The notes under the pieces were generated by a model, which made no database searches, was not told the origin of the DNA, and was given only the letters and a program-made list of their open reading frames with translations. Below are positions 19,335 through 28,665 of a stretch of 48,995 bases of DNA, piece by piece. Source of the stretch: Thermoplasmata archaeon (GTDB taxonomy: Archaea; Thermoplasmatota; Thermoplasmata; RBG-16-68-12). The position numbers and the translations under genes were made by a program. The DNA is taken from NCBI GenBank assembly GCA_035283405.1, contig DATEUA010000073.1:1-48995 (forward strand), written 5' to 3'. Within the stretch, counting starts at the first letter, position 1, and every line of letters starts with the position of its first letter.

Positions 19335-19745
19335 CCCCGCGTCCTTGGGCTGTTTCAGATCGAACTCGTTCCCGTCGGGATCCGCGAAGTCGCACAGCCA
19401 TTCCCCCCAATCCATCTCTTTCGGAAACGAGAGGAACCGAACCCCGTGGGACCGGAGCCGTTCATGCTCCGTCCGAATGTCGTCCGTGAGGAATGTGATC
19501 CCCGTCGGTCCAGGCTCCGTCTTCCCTCCCATCTCGCACAGGTGGACCCGGGTCCTCGGCCGGCCCGGGCCTAGCTCGACCCAATGCCCCGGGTCGTCCG
19601 GGCTTCCCTGGACGGAGGGATCCGCGTCCGCGGCGTTCGGCCCGATGTACGCGACGTCGAGGCCGAGCACGTCGCGGTACCATGCGATCGCCTTCCGACC
19701 GTCCGAGACGACGACGGCCACCGTGTCGATCCCGAGGATCGCCAT
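19323..19745 (-). CDS. VOC-family (glyoxalase/bleomycin-resistance/dioxygenase) protein
   Basis: ILGIDTVAVVVSDGRKAIAWYRDVLGL, GITFLTDDI and FADPDGNEFDL. Confidence 0.8.
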   Translation of the reverse strand: MAILGIDTVAVVVSDGRKAIAWYRDVLGLDVAYIGPNAADADPSVQGSPDDPGHWVELGPGRPRTRVHLCEMGGKTEPGPTGITFLTDDIRTEHERLRSHGVRFLSFPKEMDWGEWLCDFADPDGNEFDLKQPKDAGSGT

Positions 19746-19787
19746 CGGCCGTCCATGCTCTTCGAACGAGATGAAGGCTCGCGCGCC

Positions 19788-22700
19788 TCACTCCTCGGCG
19801 GCCTTGCGGCCGTACATCTTCGCGTACCAGTCCATGACCTCTTGGTCCGAGATCCGGTCCACGTGCTCCCCCACGTCAATCTCATTCTCCTGCTCCCAGC
19901 CGTCGACGATGCGACGTGCCGAGGCGTCCCCCTGGAACTCCGTGATCACGAACTCCGTCTTTCGGCGCTTCGCCTTGAACGCCGCGACCATCCGGGGCCC
20001 GTCGAACACGACGTAGCAGGACCCCATGTGAAACGTCTTCGCGACCTGTTCGCGAACGTACAGGAAGAGGTTGTCCTGCGGGGTGAGGACGAACGCGCGA
20101 TGGAAGGAGACCGTATCCAGGGATTCGAGTGCCTCCTTCATCGCCCAAAGGACGGTGCGTTCCCCCCGAGCGAGGAACCCTTTCGCGAGCCACCCCTCCG
20201 CCTCGAACGACCGCAGGAGCTGACGGATCTCCGCCATGCTGTACTCGAAGAGGGTCGCGTGGGCGAGGGCCTCCGCGGACGCCACCCCGAGACTCCGGAC
20301 GATCCGGCGGAGGACCTCCCGCCGGGCGTCGTCGCGACCGATCTTCGCGTCGGACACCGCGCGGTACCGGTTGTCCGCGTCCCGCGTCACGTAGGACCCC
20401 TCGTAGAGTTTGCGGAGGGCGGCCGCCGCGCCGGTCTGGCCCAGGTCGGACAGGGCGAGGAGCCGCGGCCGGGAGATCGGCCCGTCCTCCTGGATCCTCG
20501 AGAAGAGCGACTTCATGTCTTTCGTGAGTTTCGTCGCCTTCGCGGCCCGAAAGAGGCGCAGGTCCTCCTCGGAGGCGTACGACCAGTACCTGGGGATCCC
20601 GAGGCCCTTCGCAAGGAGGCCCCGTCGGTGGAGCCGGTCCAAGGGCACGAAATCCCTCACCCGGAGGCGGGCCGCAAAATCGGAGCGGAGCCCCCCGAGG
20701 GCGAGGGAGGCCGCCACGGCGTCGGGGAACCTCGACTCAAGCGCGATCCCCTGCCGGTGCAGCACGACCGCGAGGAGGGCCTCGGGGTCGAAGTCACGCG
20801 GGACGATCGGTCCGTGCGCGAGGAAGTCCCCCAGCCGGACGAATCCGGCGCGGGTCCATGGTCCGATGTCCTCGATCTCGGGAATCGGCTTGCCTAGGAC
20901 CCGAGTGACACGGAGCACATCGAGGCCCCGGAGCGCGTAGAACTCCATCATCCGGGCGAGGGCCCCGATCGCATCGTCGAGGAGGTCCGGGGCCGTCAGA
21001 TCGAGCTCCCGGACCTCGACGCAACCGCTCATCTCCCAGATCTCCGCGACCCCGGCGAGCTCCCCGTCCTTCACGAGGGGATAGAACCAACCCTCCCCGT
21101 ACCGGCTCGCAATCTGGGCCCAAAGGGGCTGGGTCCACGGGTCCAGGAGGGAGAGCACCCGGGTCCGGTCGCGTCCGGCCTCTGGAGAGGATTGGCGCAG
21201 CTTCGGGAGATCCTTGTGCAGGACGTACATCTCCCCTTCCGACTTCCCTGTCACGAGGACCCGGACGACGACGCCCCGTTCCTCGAGGGATTCTAGGAGG
21301 GTCTGCAGGGTCTCCCACTCGAACCGCGCCCACTCCCGAATCCCTGCGAAGGTCACGGGGCCGTGCGCGGCGAGGAACCGCAGGACCAGGGTCTCGACCG
21401 CATCAGGCGGCGCCTCCGGCGGGTCATACACGAGGTACCGGTTCCGCGAGGTCCAGCCGTCCCCCTGGTACTTCCGGATCACGTAGACGTCGTCGTCGAG
21501 GGTCTCGAGAGCCTCCTTGACGCGCTCCCGCTCGTCCCGGACCTTCGCCGCGATCGCGTACAGGTCCATCCCGTCCCCCGCCCGGATCGCGCCGAGGACG
21601 GCCCCTTCGAACTCGGACAGCTTCCGCCGGGGGAACGCGGCGAGGAACAGGGGCGCGTCGTTCGCGCGCACGTACCGGACGCGGCCATTCAAGAAGCGGC
21701 CCTCGAGGATGTCTCCGGAGGCGCGACGTCGGATCCAGTCCTCGTAATCGAAGGCGGACGTGTGATTCCAGAGGTCGAACCCCCATCCGGTCTCGAGGAA
21801 TCGGTCGAAGTAATCGTCGATCGTGCGGATCTCGCGGAACTGTTTGGCGAGGAGGAAAGCCTTCACCTGGGCCTCTTCGAAGACTTCGCGGGTCTCGTCG
21901 CGGCGCTGGAGCCTCTTCAGGTCGCGCGACAGGATGTACTGGAACTCCTCGCCCACGAGGAAGTGGCCCGAGGAGACGGTGCCTTCCGCCTCGAGGTCCC
22001 GCAGGGCCTCCTCGACGAGTTCCACCTCGAGGTCCATCGCGACGGCGAGCTCCTGCGCCGTCTGCGGGCCGTCCGCCTCCAGGCGCTTCGCGAGGAGGAC
22101 ATCGAGCGCCTCCTCGAAGTTGCCGCGCGCCGGATCCCGCGCGAAGTACGTCGTCTCGAGGACGCCGCACCGCCCTACGAGGTACGCCCGCTCGAGCTTC
22201 CGGAGGGCCTCGTTCAGGCCGCCTTTCTCCAACTTCGAGGCGCGGACGAGCTCCTTGTGGGTCCGGGGCTTTCCTCGAACGAGGTCGAGGACCTTCTCCT
22301 CCGGGGGCCGAAGACGAGACTTCTGCGCGTACACCGCGACGTACTGAGGAACCCGGTCTCGGAGGGCCCAGTGGATCCCCTTCGGGGTCCAGACGCTCTC
22401 CACGAGGCCTTCGTCCATCAGTTCCCCGGACCACGCGCGAATCTCCGCGAACGACGCGGACGTGACCTCGAACGGGCTGCGTCCCTTCTGTTGCAGCAGG
22501 TTCGCATCGCCCACCCGATCGAGGTACGCGAGGAGATCCGCCTTCCGTGCGACCTTCGGAATCTTCTTGCGGAAGTACTCCCGGATGTCGTCCTCCTGGA
22601 ACTGGATCTTGGAGATCTGGTCCTCGGGCATCACGCGCTTGAGGACTTGCCGATGCAGCTCCCGGAGCAGGGCGGAGCGGTCCTCCATGAGGACGAGGTC

Positions 22701-25196
22701 CGAAACTCCCTGGAGAACGACGTTGTGGGCGAAGGGGGACGGCAGGCTGCTAAAATCGCTCGTCTTGACGAGGATCGCACCCGACTCGATCATCTCCAGG
22801 ACCTCACGGGCGTGCCGGAGGTCCATCACCTGGTGGAGGATCTCCTGATACGTCTCCTTGACGACCGGGAAGTCCTCGATCTGGTGGACCCAGTCGAGGA
22901 CCCGCTGGGACCTCAGCTGCTGTCGCCCGATCGAGACCTCACGGCCCTTGTAGTTCCGAAGGATCATGAAGGAGCGGGTCGCGCAATGCCGGAACCGCTG
23001 CTTGAACAGCTCCGTGCCGCGCACCGCACGTCGCAGGAGGTCCTCGAGTCGATCGCTCGAGACGAGTCGGACGAGGCCGTCGACGTCAATCCGCTTCGGG
23101 ATCGTGAGCATGAAGTTGTCGTCCGTCACGCTCACGCGGACATTCGTGTGGTGTTTCTCCGTGACCGCAAACGCGTATGCACGGCTCAGGGCGTCGTTCA
23201 CCCGCCGGCCGAAGGGGAAGTGGAAAATCACGTTCCGGCTCCCCTTCACGTCGATGTACCCTTCGATCAGGACCGCGCGGTCCGTCGGGAGGTCCGGAAT
23301 CACGGCGCGCTGCTCCTGGACGTACGACACGAGGGACTGGGCGGACCCCGTGTCCACCCGGTAGTCCGACATGAGCCACGCCCGGACCGCCGTCTCCCCG
23401 TCCCGGTCGATCCGGGAGGCGAGCTCGCGACGGAACACCCCGACCGCCACGGACAGGTCGAACGAGCGGGGGAGCATTTCGCCGGTCCACGACGGCACGG
23501 TGGGCCTCCGTCCGGAGGCGTCCTTCACGTAGACCGTCGTGCCGCGCACGCGAACGAACTGGTACGTCCGGCCGCCGAGTACGAAGACATCGTTTGGGCT
23601 CAGGTACTCCACGAACTTCTCGCTCAGCTCGCCCAGGGGCGAACCCCGCTCCGAGTAGACGTGGTACGTGCCCTCCTCCGGGATTGTCCCCACGTTCGTG
23701 AAGTAGATCATCCGGGTTCCCTTCTTCTTCCCGAAGCGGCTCTCCTCCTCGTCGAACCAGATCTTCGCGAAGACTTTGATGTCCGGGTTCCTCGAAGACA
23801 GGTAATCGAGGACGCTCCGGAAGTCCTTCTTCGTGAGGTCGTGAAACGAATACGATCGACGCACGAGGTTGTACGCCTCGTCGACCTCCCACCGTTTCTC
23901 GAGGGACATCCCGACGAGGGCTTGGGCGAGGACGTCCAAGGTGTTCGTCGGAATGTCCACGCGGTCGATGCGGGCATCGTACGCCGCCTTCGCGAGCGTG
24001 GAGCACTCCACGAGGTCCCAGGGTTCGAAGACGATCATGCGACCCTTCGCCGTCTCCCCGTACGCGTGGCCGGCTCGCCCGATCCGCTGGAGCCCCTTCG
24101 CGACGGATTTCGGGGAACCGATCTGGACGACGAGGTCAATGTACCCGATGTCGATGCCCAGCTCGAGGGAGGTCGATGAGACGGCCGCCTTGAGGCGTCC
24201 GCTCTTCAGCTTCTCCTCGACATCGAGACGGGTGGCCTTCGAGAGGGACCCATGGTGGGCCTCCAGGTCCTCCACGCCCCGTTCCTTCAGCTTGAACGAG
24301 ACCTGCTCCGTCCCGCTTCGGGTGTTCGTGAAGATGAGCGTCGTCCGGTGCGTGTCGATCAGGTCGCTCAGGAGGTCGTACATCTTTGCGTTCGCGACCT
24401 CCATCGGCACGGCGGTCATGTCCCGGACGGGGCTCAGGACGGCCAGGTCCAGCGATTTCCGCGTGTCGACCTCGACGATGTACATGTCGCGGACCTTGCC
24501 GTTCTCGAAGCCGCCGAGGAACTTCGCCTCCTCCTCGATCGGCGCGATGGTGGCGCTCAGGCCGATCCGGACGAACTCGCGCGACACCTGCTCCCGGAGC
24601 CGCTCGAGGCTCACGCTCAACAGCGCGCCTCGCTTCGAGGAACAAACCTCGTGAATCTCGTCCACGATGACCCAGTCGACGTCCGCAAAGTGTTCGCGGA
24701 ACTTCGGGGTGCTGAGGATGATCGCGAGGCTCTCCGGGGTGGTGATCAGGATGTGAGGGGGCCGGCGCGCCTGTCTCTGGCGTTCCTGCGCGGACGTGTC
24801 GCCGGATCGGACGCCCACCCGGATCAAGGGAGGCGGCTTGCCCTCCCTCGTGGCGAGTTCCGTCATCTCGCGGAGGGGCTCCTCGAGATTTCGATTGATG
24901 TCGTTCGCGAGGGCCTTCAGCGGCGACACATAGACACAGTAGATGCGTTCCTCGAGTTCCCCCCGGAGCTGGGTCGCGTACAGTTCGTTGATGATCGACA
25001 GGAAAGCGGTGAGGGTCTTGCCACTCCCCGTGGGGGACGACACGAGCACGTTTTTCCGTGCGTGGATGAGAGGCACCGCATAGGCCTGCGGCTCCGTAAG
25101 GCCCTGAAACTTCCCTCCGAACCAATCCCGGACGAGGGGCTCCATGAGGCCGAGGACTTCGTCCTTCGTTGCGGCGTGGCGGACTTTACGTAGCAT
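19788..25196 (-). CDS. lhr: Lhr-family ATP-dependent helicase, unusually long (1802 aa) with a C-terminal winged-helix/AlkZ-like extension
   Basis: SF2 motifs SSPTGSGKT (I), VIVDEIHE (II), LSAT (III) and QRIGRAGH (VI). The Lhr-core WH and domain-4 region runs to about aa 860. A further ~940 uninterrupted residues follow. Confidence 0.9.
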   Translation of the reverse strand: MLRKVRHAATKDEVLGLMEPLVRDWFGGKFQGLTEPQAYAVPLIHARKNVLVSSPTGSGKTLTAFLSIINELYATQLRGELEERIYCVYVSPLKALANDINRNLEEPLREMTELATREGKPPPLIRVGVRSGDTSAQERQRQARRPPHILITTPESLAIILSTPKFREHFADVDWVIVDEIHEVCSSKRGALLSVSLERLREQVSREFVRIGLSATIAPIEEEAKFLGGFENGKVRDMYIVEVDTRKSLDLAVLSPVRDMTAVPMEVANAKMYDLLSDLIDTHRTTLIFTNTRSGTEQVSFKLKERGVEDLEAHHGSLSKATRLDVEEKLKSGRLKAAVSSTSLELGIDIGYIDLVVQIGSPKSVAKGLQRIGRAGHAYGETAKGRMIVFEPWDLVECSTLAKAAYDARIDRVDIPTNTLDVLAQALVGMSLEKRWEVDEAYNLVRRSYSFHDLTKKDFRSVLDYLSSRNPDIKVFAKIWFDEEESRFGKKKGTRMIYFTNVGTIPEEGTYHVYSERGSPLGELSEKFVEYLSPNDVFVLGGRTYQFVRVRGTTVYVKDASGRRPTVPSWTGEMLPRSFDLSVAVGVFRRELASRIDRDGETAVRAWLMSDYRVDTGSAQSLVSYVQEQRAVIPDLPTDRAVLIEGYIDVKGSRNVIFHFPFGRRVNDALSRAYAFAVTEKHHTNVRVSVTDDNFMLTIPKRIDVDGLVRLVSSDRLEDLLRRAVRGTELFKQRFRHCATRSFMILRNYKGREVSIGRQQLRSQRVLDWVHQIEDFPVVKETYQEILHQVMDLRHAREVLEMIESGAILVKTSDFSSLPSPFAHNVVLQGVSDLVLMEDRSALLRELHRQVLKRVMPEDQISKIQFQEDDIREYFRKKIPKVARKADLLAYLDRVGDANLLQQKGRSPFEVTSASFAEIRAWSGELMDEGLVESVWTPKGIHWALRDRVPQYVAVYAQKSRLRPPEEKVLDLVRGKPRTHKELVRASKLEKGGLNEALRKLERAYLVGRCGVLETTYFARDPARGNFEEALDVLLAKRLEADGPQTAQELAVAMDLEVELVEEALRDLEAEGTVSSGHFLVGEEFQYILSRDLKRLQRRDETREVFEEAQVKAFLLAKQFREIRTIDDYFDRFLETGWGFDLWNHTSAFDYEDWIRRRASGDILEGRFLNGRVRYVRANDAPLFLAAFPRRKLSEFEGAVLGAIRAGDGMDLYAIAAKVRDERERVKEALETLDDDVYVIRKYQGDGWTSRNRYLVYDPPEAPPDAVETLVLRFLAAHGPVTFAGIREWARFEWETLQTLLESLEERGVVVRVLVTGKSEGEMYVLHKDLPKLRQSSPEAGRDRTRVLSLLDPWTQPLWAQIASRYGEGWFYPLVKDGELAGVAEIWEMSGCVEVRELDLTAPDLLDDAIGALARMMEFYALRGLDVLRVTRVLGKPIPEIEDIGPWTRAGFVRLGDFLAHGPIVPRDFDPEALLAVVLHRQGIALESRFPDAVAASLALGGLRSDFAARLRVRDFVPLDRLHRRGLLAKGLGIPRYWSYASEEDLRLFRAAKATKLTKDMKSLFSRIQEDGPISRPRLLALSDLGQTGAAAALRKLYEGSYVTRDADNRYRAVSDAKIGRDDARREVLRRIVRSLGVASAEALAHATLFEYSMAEIRQLLRSFEAEGWLAKGFLARGERTVLWAMKEALESLDTVSFHRAFVLTPQDNLFLYVREQVAKTFHMGSCYVVFDGPRMVAAFKAKRRKTEFVITEFQGDASARRIVDGWEQENEIDVGEHVDRISDQEVMDWYAKMYGRKAAEE

Positions 25197-25302
25197 GTAG
25201 CGTCCTCGCGAGAGAGTCGGAAATAGACGCGTATAACGACACGCCTAAAAGAGCTTGTGGACGTGCATCAAGAACCGGACGTCGAGTCTCTGCCGAACCG
25301 GA

Positions 25303-25938
25303 TCAGCAGAGGGCATACGTGGTCAGAAAGGGTACCTGCGTGGCTCCGGAGCGCACGACCGCCGTGGCCGCGTAGGAGACCGAATCGCAGAAGTCGTCGA
25401 ACTCGATCCGCAGGTCCAGGGAAGCCTCCAAGGTGTCCCCCGAAGGGACGAGTTCGACCGTCGCGTTCGCGGTCCCGTTCGACGCGGAGGAGGTCCGCGT
25501 GAGGGTCCGGTTGAACGGTGCGTCGACGACCGAGACGCGGACGTCGAACGCCACATCGCCTCCGGCTAGAAGTTCCACGAGGGGCACCCCGTCGACCTGG
25601 ACGATCCGGATGGTCGAATTGCCGCTCGCGCGATTGAGCGCGGCATGCAGGCGGACGTCCACGGGTGCCGGGAGCAGCAGACGGACGGGTTCCGTGCCGT
25701 TCAGATCGACGGCCACCCGGTAGGCGAAGATCCGGCTATGGACCTGGTCCGTGTCCAAGGTGATCGCCAACGCGACGCTTCCCGCCCCCAGGAGGAACGC
25801 GAGGAACGCGCCGGTCAAGACGGACCGGGAGGCGTCCGCGCGGCGCCCCGTCATTCCGAGGACCCAGCGATGGAGGGCGACGAACCCTAGGAAGATCACG
25901 ACCGTCCCGGTAAGATAGAACGGCCACGCGGCGACCAT
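25303..25938 (-). CDS. Hypothetical membrane protein (2 TM helices plus a beta-rich ectodomain)
   Basis: N-terminal TM helices PFYLTGTVVIFLGFVAL and LTGAFLAFLLGAGSVALAI. There are 5 N-x-S/T sequons (NGT, NST, NRT, NGT, NAT) in ~130 residues. No family recognised. Confidence 0.55.
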   Translation of the reverse strand: MVAAWPFYLTGTVVIFLGFVALHRWVLGMTGRRADASRSVLTGAFLAFLLGAGSVALAITLDTDQVHSRIFAYRVAVDLNGTEPVRLLLPAPVDVRLHAALNRASGNSTIRIVQVDGVPLVELLAGGDVAFDVRVSVVDAPFNRTLTRTSSASNGTANATVELVPSGDTLEASLDLRIEFDDFCDSVSYAATAVVRSGATQVPFLTTYALC

Positions 25939-25989
25939 CGAAGGCCCCGTTCGAGGAAGGATTGCCCGGACTTGAACCTGCGGGCGCGG

Positions 25990-27147
25990 CTAGAGGCGTT
26001 CGACGGCCATCGCCATCGCGTTCCCGCCTCCGAGGCAAAGGGTCGCGAGTCCCCGTCGGGCGCCCCGGTCCCGCATCGCAAACAGGAGCGTCGTCAGGAT
26101 TCGGGCCCCCGAGCAGCCGAGAGGGTGGCCGAGGGCGACGGCGCCTCCGTGGACGTTGAGCTTCTCGTGGGGGATGCCGAGCTCCCGCATCACCGCGACG
26201 CTCGCCGCGGCGTACGCCTCGTTGTGCTCCACGAGATCGAAGTCGTCGATCGAGAGGCCCGTCCTCTTGAGCAGCTTCCGGACCGCGGGGATGGGGGCCT
26301 CCATGACCCATTCCGGCTTCGTGCCCGCGGTCACCGCGTCGATGATCCGCGCGAGGGGCGTCACCCCATGACGATCCGCGGCTGCTTCGGAGAGGACGAC
26401 CATCGCGCTCGCTCCGTCACTGAGCTGGGACGCGTTCCCCGCGGTGACGAGACCCCCTTCGCGGAACACGGGAGGCAAATTCGCGAGCTTCTCCATGGAG
26501 GTGTCGAGGCGGATTCCCTCGTCGGCTTCGACGCGTTCCGCTCCGGGCGACTCGACGGGCACGAGCTCGGCCTTGAATTTGCCTTCGGACGAGGCCCGCG
26601 CCGCGCGGCGATGACTCTCCAATGCGAACGCGTCCTGGTCCGCGCGGCTCACCGTGAACCGCTCCGAGACGATCTCGCCCGTCACGCCCATGTGGAACCG
26701 GTTGTACGCGTCCGTGAGCCCGTCCTGGACCATCGCGTCGACGAACTGCACGTGGTTGTACCCGATCCCCCAGCGGGCCTCCTTCACGAGGAACGGCGCG
26801 CGGCTCATCGACTCCATGCCGCCCGCCACGACGACGTCCGCGGATCCGACCCGGACGGCGTCCGCCGCGATCGCGACGCTCTTCATCCCGGACGCACACA
26901 CCTTGTTCACGGTGACTGCGCCCACGCGGTCCGGGAGGCCTCCGAGCAGGGCCGCCTGGCGGGCCGGGTTCTGGCCCAGGCCTGCCTGGATCACATTTCC
27001 GAGGATGACCTCCTCGATGTCCGCCGGGACCAGGCCTGCCCGGTTCACGGCCTCCGCGACGACCGTGCTCCCGAGCCGGATCGCTTCGACGTTCCGGAAG
27101 GCGCGGCCGTACTTCCCAATCGGTGTGCGGCACGCTCCGGCGATCAC
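25990..27147 (-). CDS. Acetyl-CoA C-acetyltransferase (thiolase II, bacterial type)
   Basis: VIAGACRTPIGKYG, VNKVCASGMKS (active Cys), NEAYAA, and GCSGARIL..GLATLCLGGGNAMAMAVE. The ORF runs to 27333, but an in-frame TATA at 27194-27201 argues for a downstream start. GTG 27147 is the only canonical candidate, so the start is uncertain. Confidence 0.85.
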   Translation of the reverse strand: MIAGACRTPIGKYGRAFRNVEAIRLGSTVVAEAVNRAGLVPADIEEVILGNVIQAGLGQNPARQAALLGGLPDRVGAVTVNKVCASGMKSVAIAADAVRVGSADVVVAGGMESMSRAPFLVKEARWGIGYNHVQFVDAMVQDGLTDAYNRFHMGVTGEIVSERFTVSRADQDAFALESHRRAARASSEGKFKAELVPVESPGAERVEADEGIRLDTSMEKLANLPPVFREGGLVTAGNASQLSDGASAMVVLSEAAADRHGVTPLARIIDAVTAGTKPEWVMEAPIPAVRKLLKRTGLSIDDFDLVEHNEAYAAASVAVMRELGIPHEKLNVHGGAVALGHPLGCSGARILTTLLFAMRDRGARRGLATLCLGGGNAMAMAVERL

Positions 27148-27193
27148 GACGTCCGCCAGGTTCGCACCTCGGGAACGAATCTCGGTCGCGTCG

Positions 27194-27201
27194 TATATAA
27201 A
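27194..27201 (-). promoter_or_regulatory. TATA box (TTTATATA on the minus strand) upstream of the thiolase gene
   Basis: Consensus-like archaeal TATA, 47 nt upstream of the GTG at 27147. Confidence 0.55.
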
Positions 27202-27324
27202 GTGTCGCCGTGGAGAGTAACGAATCCCCGGAGACTTACATGCACGATGCCTGTAGGCGGCCTTCTTATCCCTGAAAAGAGACGGTCGTCCGGCCGCGCG
27301 CCCCGAGGGCGCGTGGTGAACAAC

Positions 27325-28125
27325 ATGAGACATGGGACGAAGTGGGGGCTGCGGACGACGATCCTCGTTGCGATCGTCCTCGCGGCCGGAGCGGTGGGCA
27401 TCCTCACGCCCATCGTGAGCAACACCGTGGAGAAGGATGTGCGGGTGGAGGGCTATGCCCTCACGCTGACCGTGGACGGCGTGCCGACGAGCGTCGCGCC
27501 GGGTGACACGTTCCGCGTCGTCGCGACGTTGGCGAACAACGCGAACCGACCGATTCCGGCGGTCCTCCGGATGGAAGTGCGCAACCCGAACAGCACGACG
27601 CCCGACGAGCTGACCGTGTACGCCGGCTGCGGAGCCGAGGAGGTCGTCAGTTCTCGGACCCTCCTATACTACATCGGATGGAACGGGCCCCTGCTCGCCC
27701 CCAGAGGGGTGTCGTTTGCGGCGGGAACGAGCGTCGGAACACTTGACGCGGCGATCGGGTCCGCGGACTACTGGGGCATGACCCTCGAGGAGATCGCGGA
27801 GCGCGACCAACAAGGGTACGCATCCTTGATCGCCCCGGGAGTGAACATGTCCGCGGGAGTGAGGGCCTCCGGCTCGACCCTCCTGAAAGTATTGAACTAT
27901 TACGGGATGGTCCAGGCATCGTCGGAGCTGAGCCCGCTCCTATCGGACTGGACCCTCACGATGCCGTTCGCGGATGCGATCGTGTCGAACGGGGGTCCGT
28001 CTCAGGACGGATTCACGATCGAGATCCATCCTCAGACCCGCGGCACGCTGGAGTTCAAGTTCTGGGCGGAGCGACCGGACGGACTCGGAATCCCCAACCA
28101 CCCCTACACCTGCGGGCCGCTCTAG
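27325..28125 (+). CDS. Hypothetical secreted or membrane-anchored protein
   Basis: Signal-anchor MRHGTKWGLRTTILVAIVLAAGAVGIL, then a beta-rich domain. This is only the last 266 codons of the 717-aa track ORF; the rest of that ORF is antisense to the thiolase. Confidence 0.6.
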   Translation: MRHGTKWGLRTTILVAIVLAAGAVGILTPIVSNTVEKDVRVEGYALTLTVDGVPTSVAPGDTFRVVATLANNANRPIPAVLRMEVRNPNSTTPDELTVYAGCGAEEVVSSRTLLYYIGWNGPLLAPRGVSFAAGTSVGTLDAAIGSADYWGMTLEEIAERDQQGYASLIAPGVNMSAGVRASGSTLLKVLNYYGMVQASSELSPLLSDWTLTMPFADAIVSNGGPSQDGFTIEIHPQTRGTLEFKFWAERPDGLGIPNHPYTCGPL

Positions 28126-28140
28126 GGACGGCCCGCCCGT

Positions 28141-28148
28141 TCTTTTTT
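28141..28148 (+). terminator. Oligo-T archaeal terminator
   Basis: TCTTTTTT sits 16 nt after the stop at 28123-28125. Confidence 0.5.
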
Positions 28149-28175
28149 CGCGCGGAGCCCTGGATCGCGAAGTGC

Positions 28176-28538
28176 TCAAAGAATCCCGGACTTCGGCACC
28201 TGCGCGACGATGCGAGACGCCCAGCGGGCGATGCGACAAAGGGCGCAACCGGGATGGAACGATCCTTCGAGCTGGCCGATGCGGAAGCGCTCGAACGCTT
28301 CCGGGCGATACGGGTTCCGGCCGATCCGGACGTTCACCGCGTCATGGAGTCCGGACATCCACGTGGACAAAGACGTTCGACAGCGGCGGCAGGGCCACCG
28401 GTCGGATATTCCGTGCAACAGGGGCCACGACTTTCGGCCAAGGATCTTCAAGAAGGCGAGACGGGGAGGATATCCGGTGCGCGCCTCCTGGACCGCGATC
28501 CCGTTTCCCGGCTCGCCCGCCGGCCCGGCCCGCACCAT
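28176..28538 (-). CDS. Hypothetical small protein with Erv1/ALR-like motif order and two CxxC pairs
   Basis: GRKSWPLLH ... PCRRC ... TWMSGLHDAVNVRIGRNP ... GCALC. The third codon position is high in GC, consistent with coding. First ATG at 28538. Confidence 0.4.
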   Translation of the reverse strand: MVRAGPAGEPGNGIAVQEARTGYPPRLAFLKILGRKSWPLLHGISDRWPCRRCRTSLSTWMSGLHDAVNVRIGRNPYRPEAFERFRIGQLEGSFHPGCALCRIARWASRIVAQVPKSGIL

Positions 28539-28665
28539 GTGGGGGGAACGCAGCAATCCGGAAAAAGGCTTCTTCGCACCGCGGAAAACCTCGAGGTCGC
28601 GGAGGGTGGCGCATCACCGAGCCGGGGTCGAGGAGACCGCTCAGGCAAGGTGGTCTCGCAGATCA

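Noticed and set aside
19584-25193. Long plus-strand ORFs 19584..20897, 21363..24179 and 24252..25193
   Set aside because: All are antisense shadows of the 1802-aa Lhr gene. Their products have no motifs and are rich in R, E, D and P.
25972-27324. N-terminal ~450 codons of the 717-aa plus-strand ORF 25972..28125
   Set aside because: This part is antisense to the thiolase gene. Only the portion from ATG 27325, which has a signal anchor, looks like a protein.
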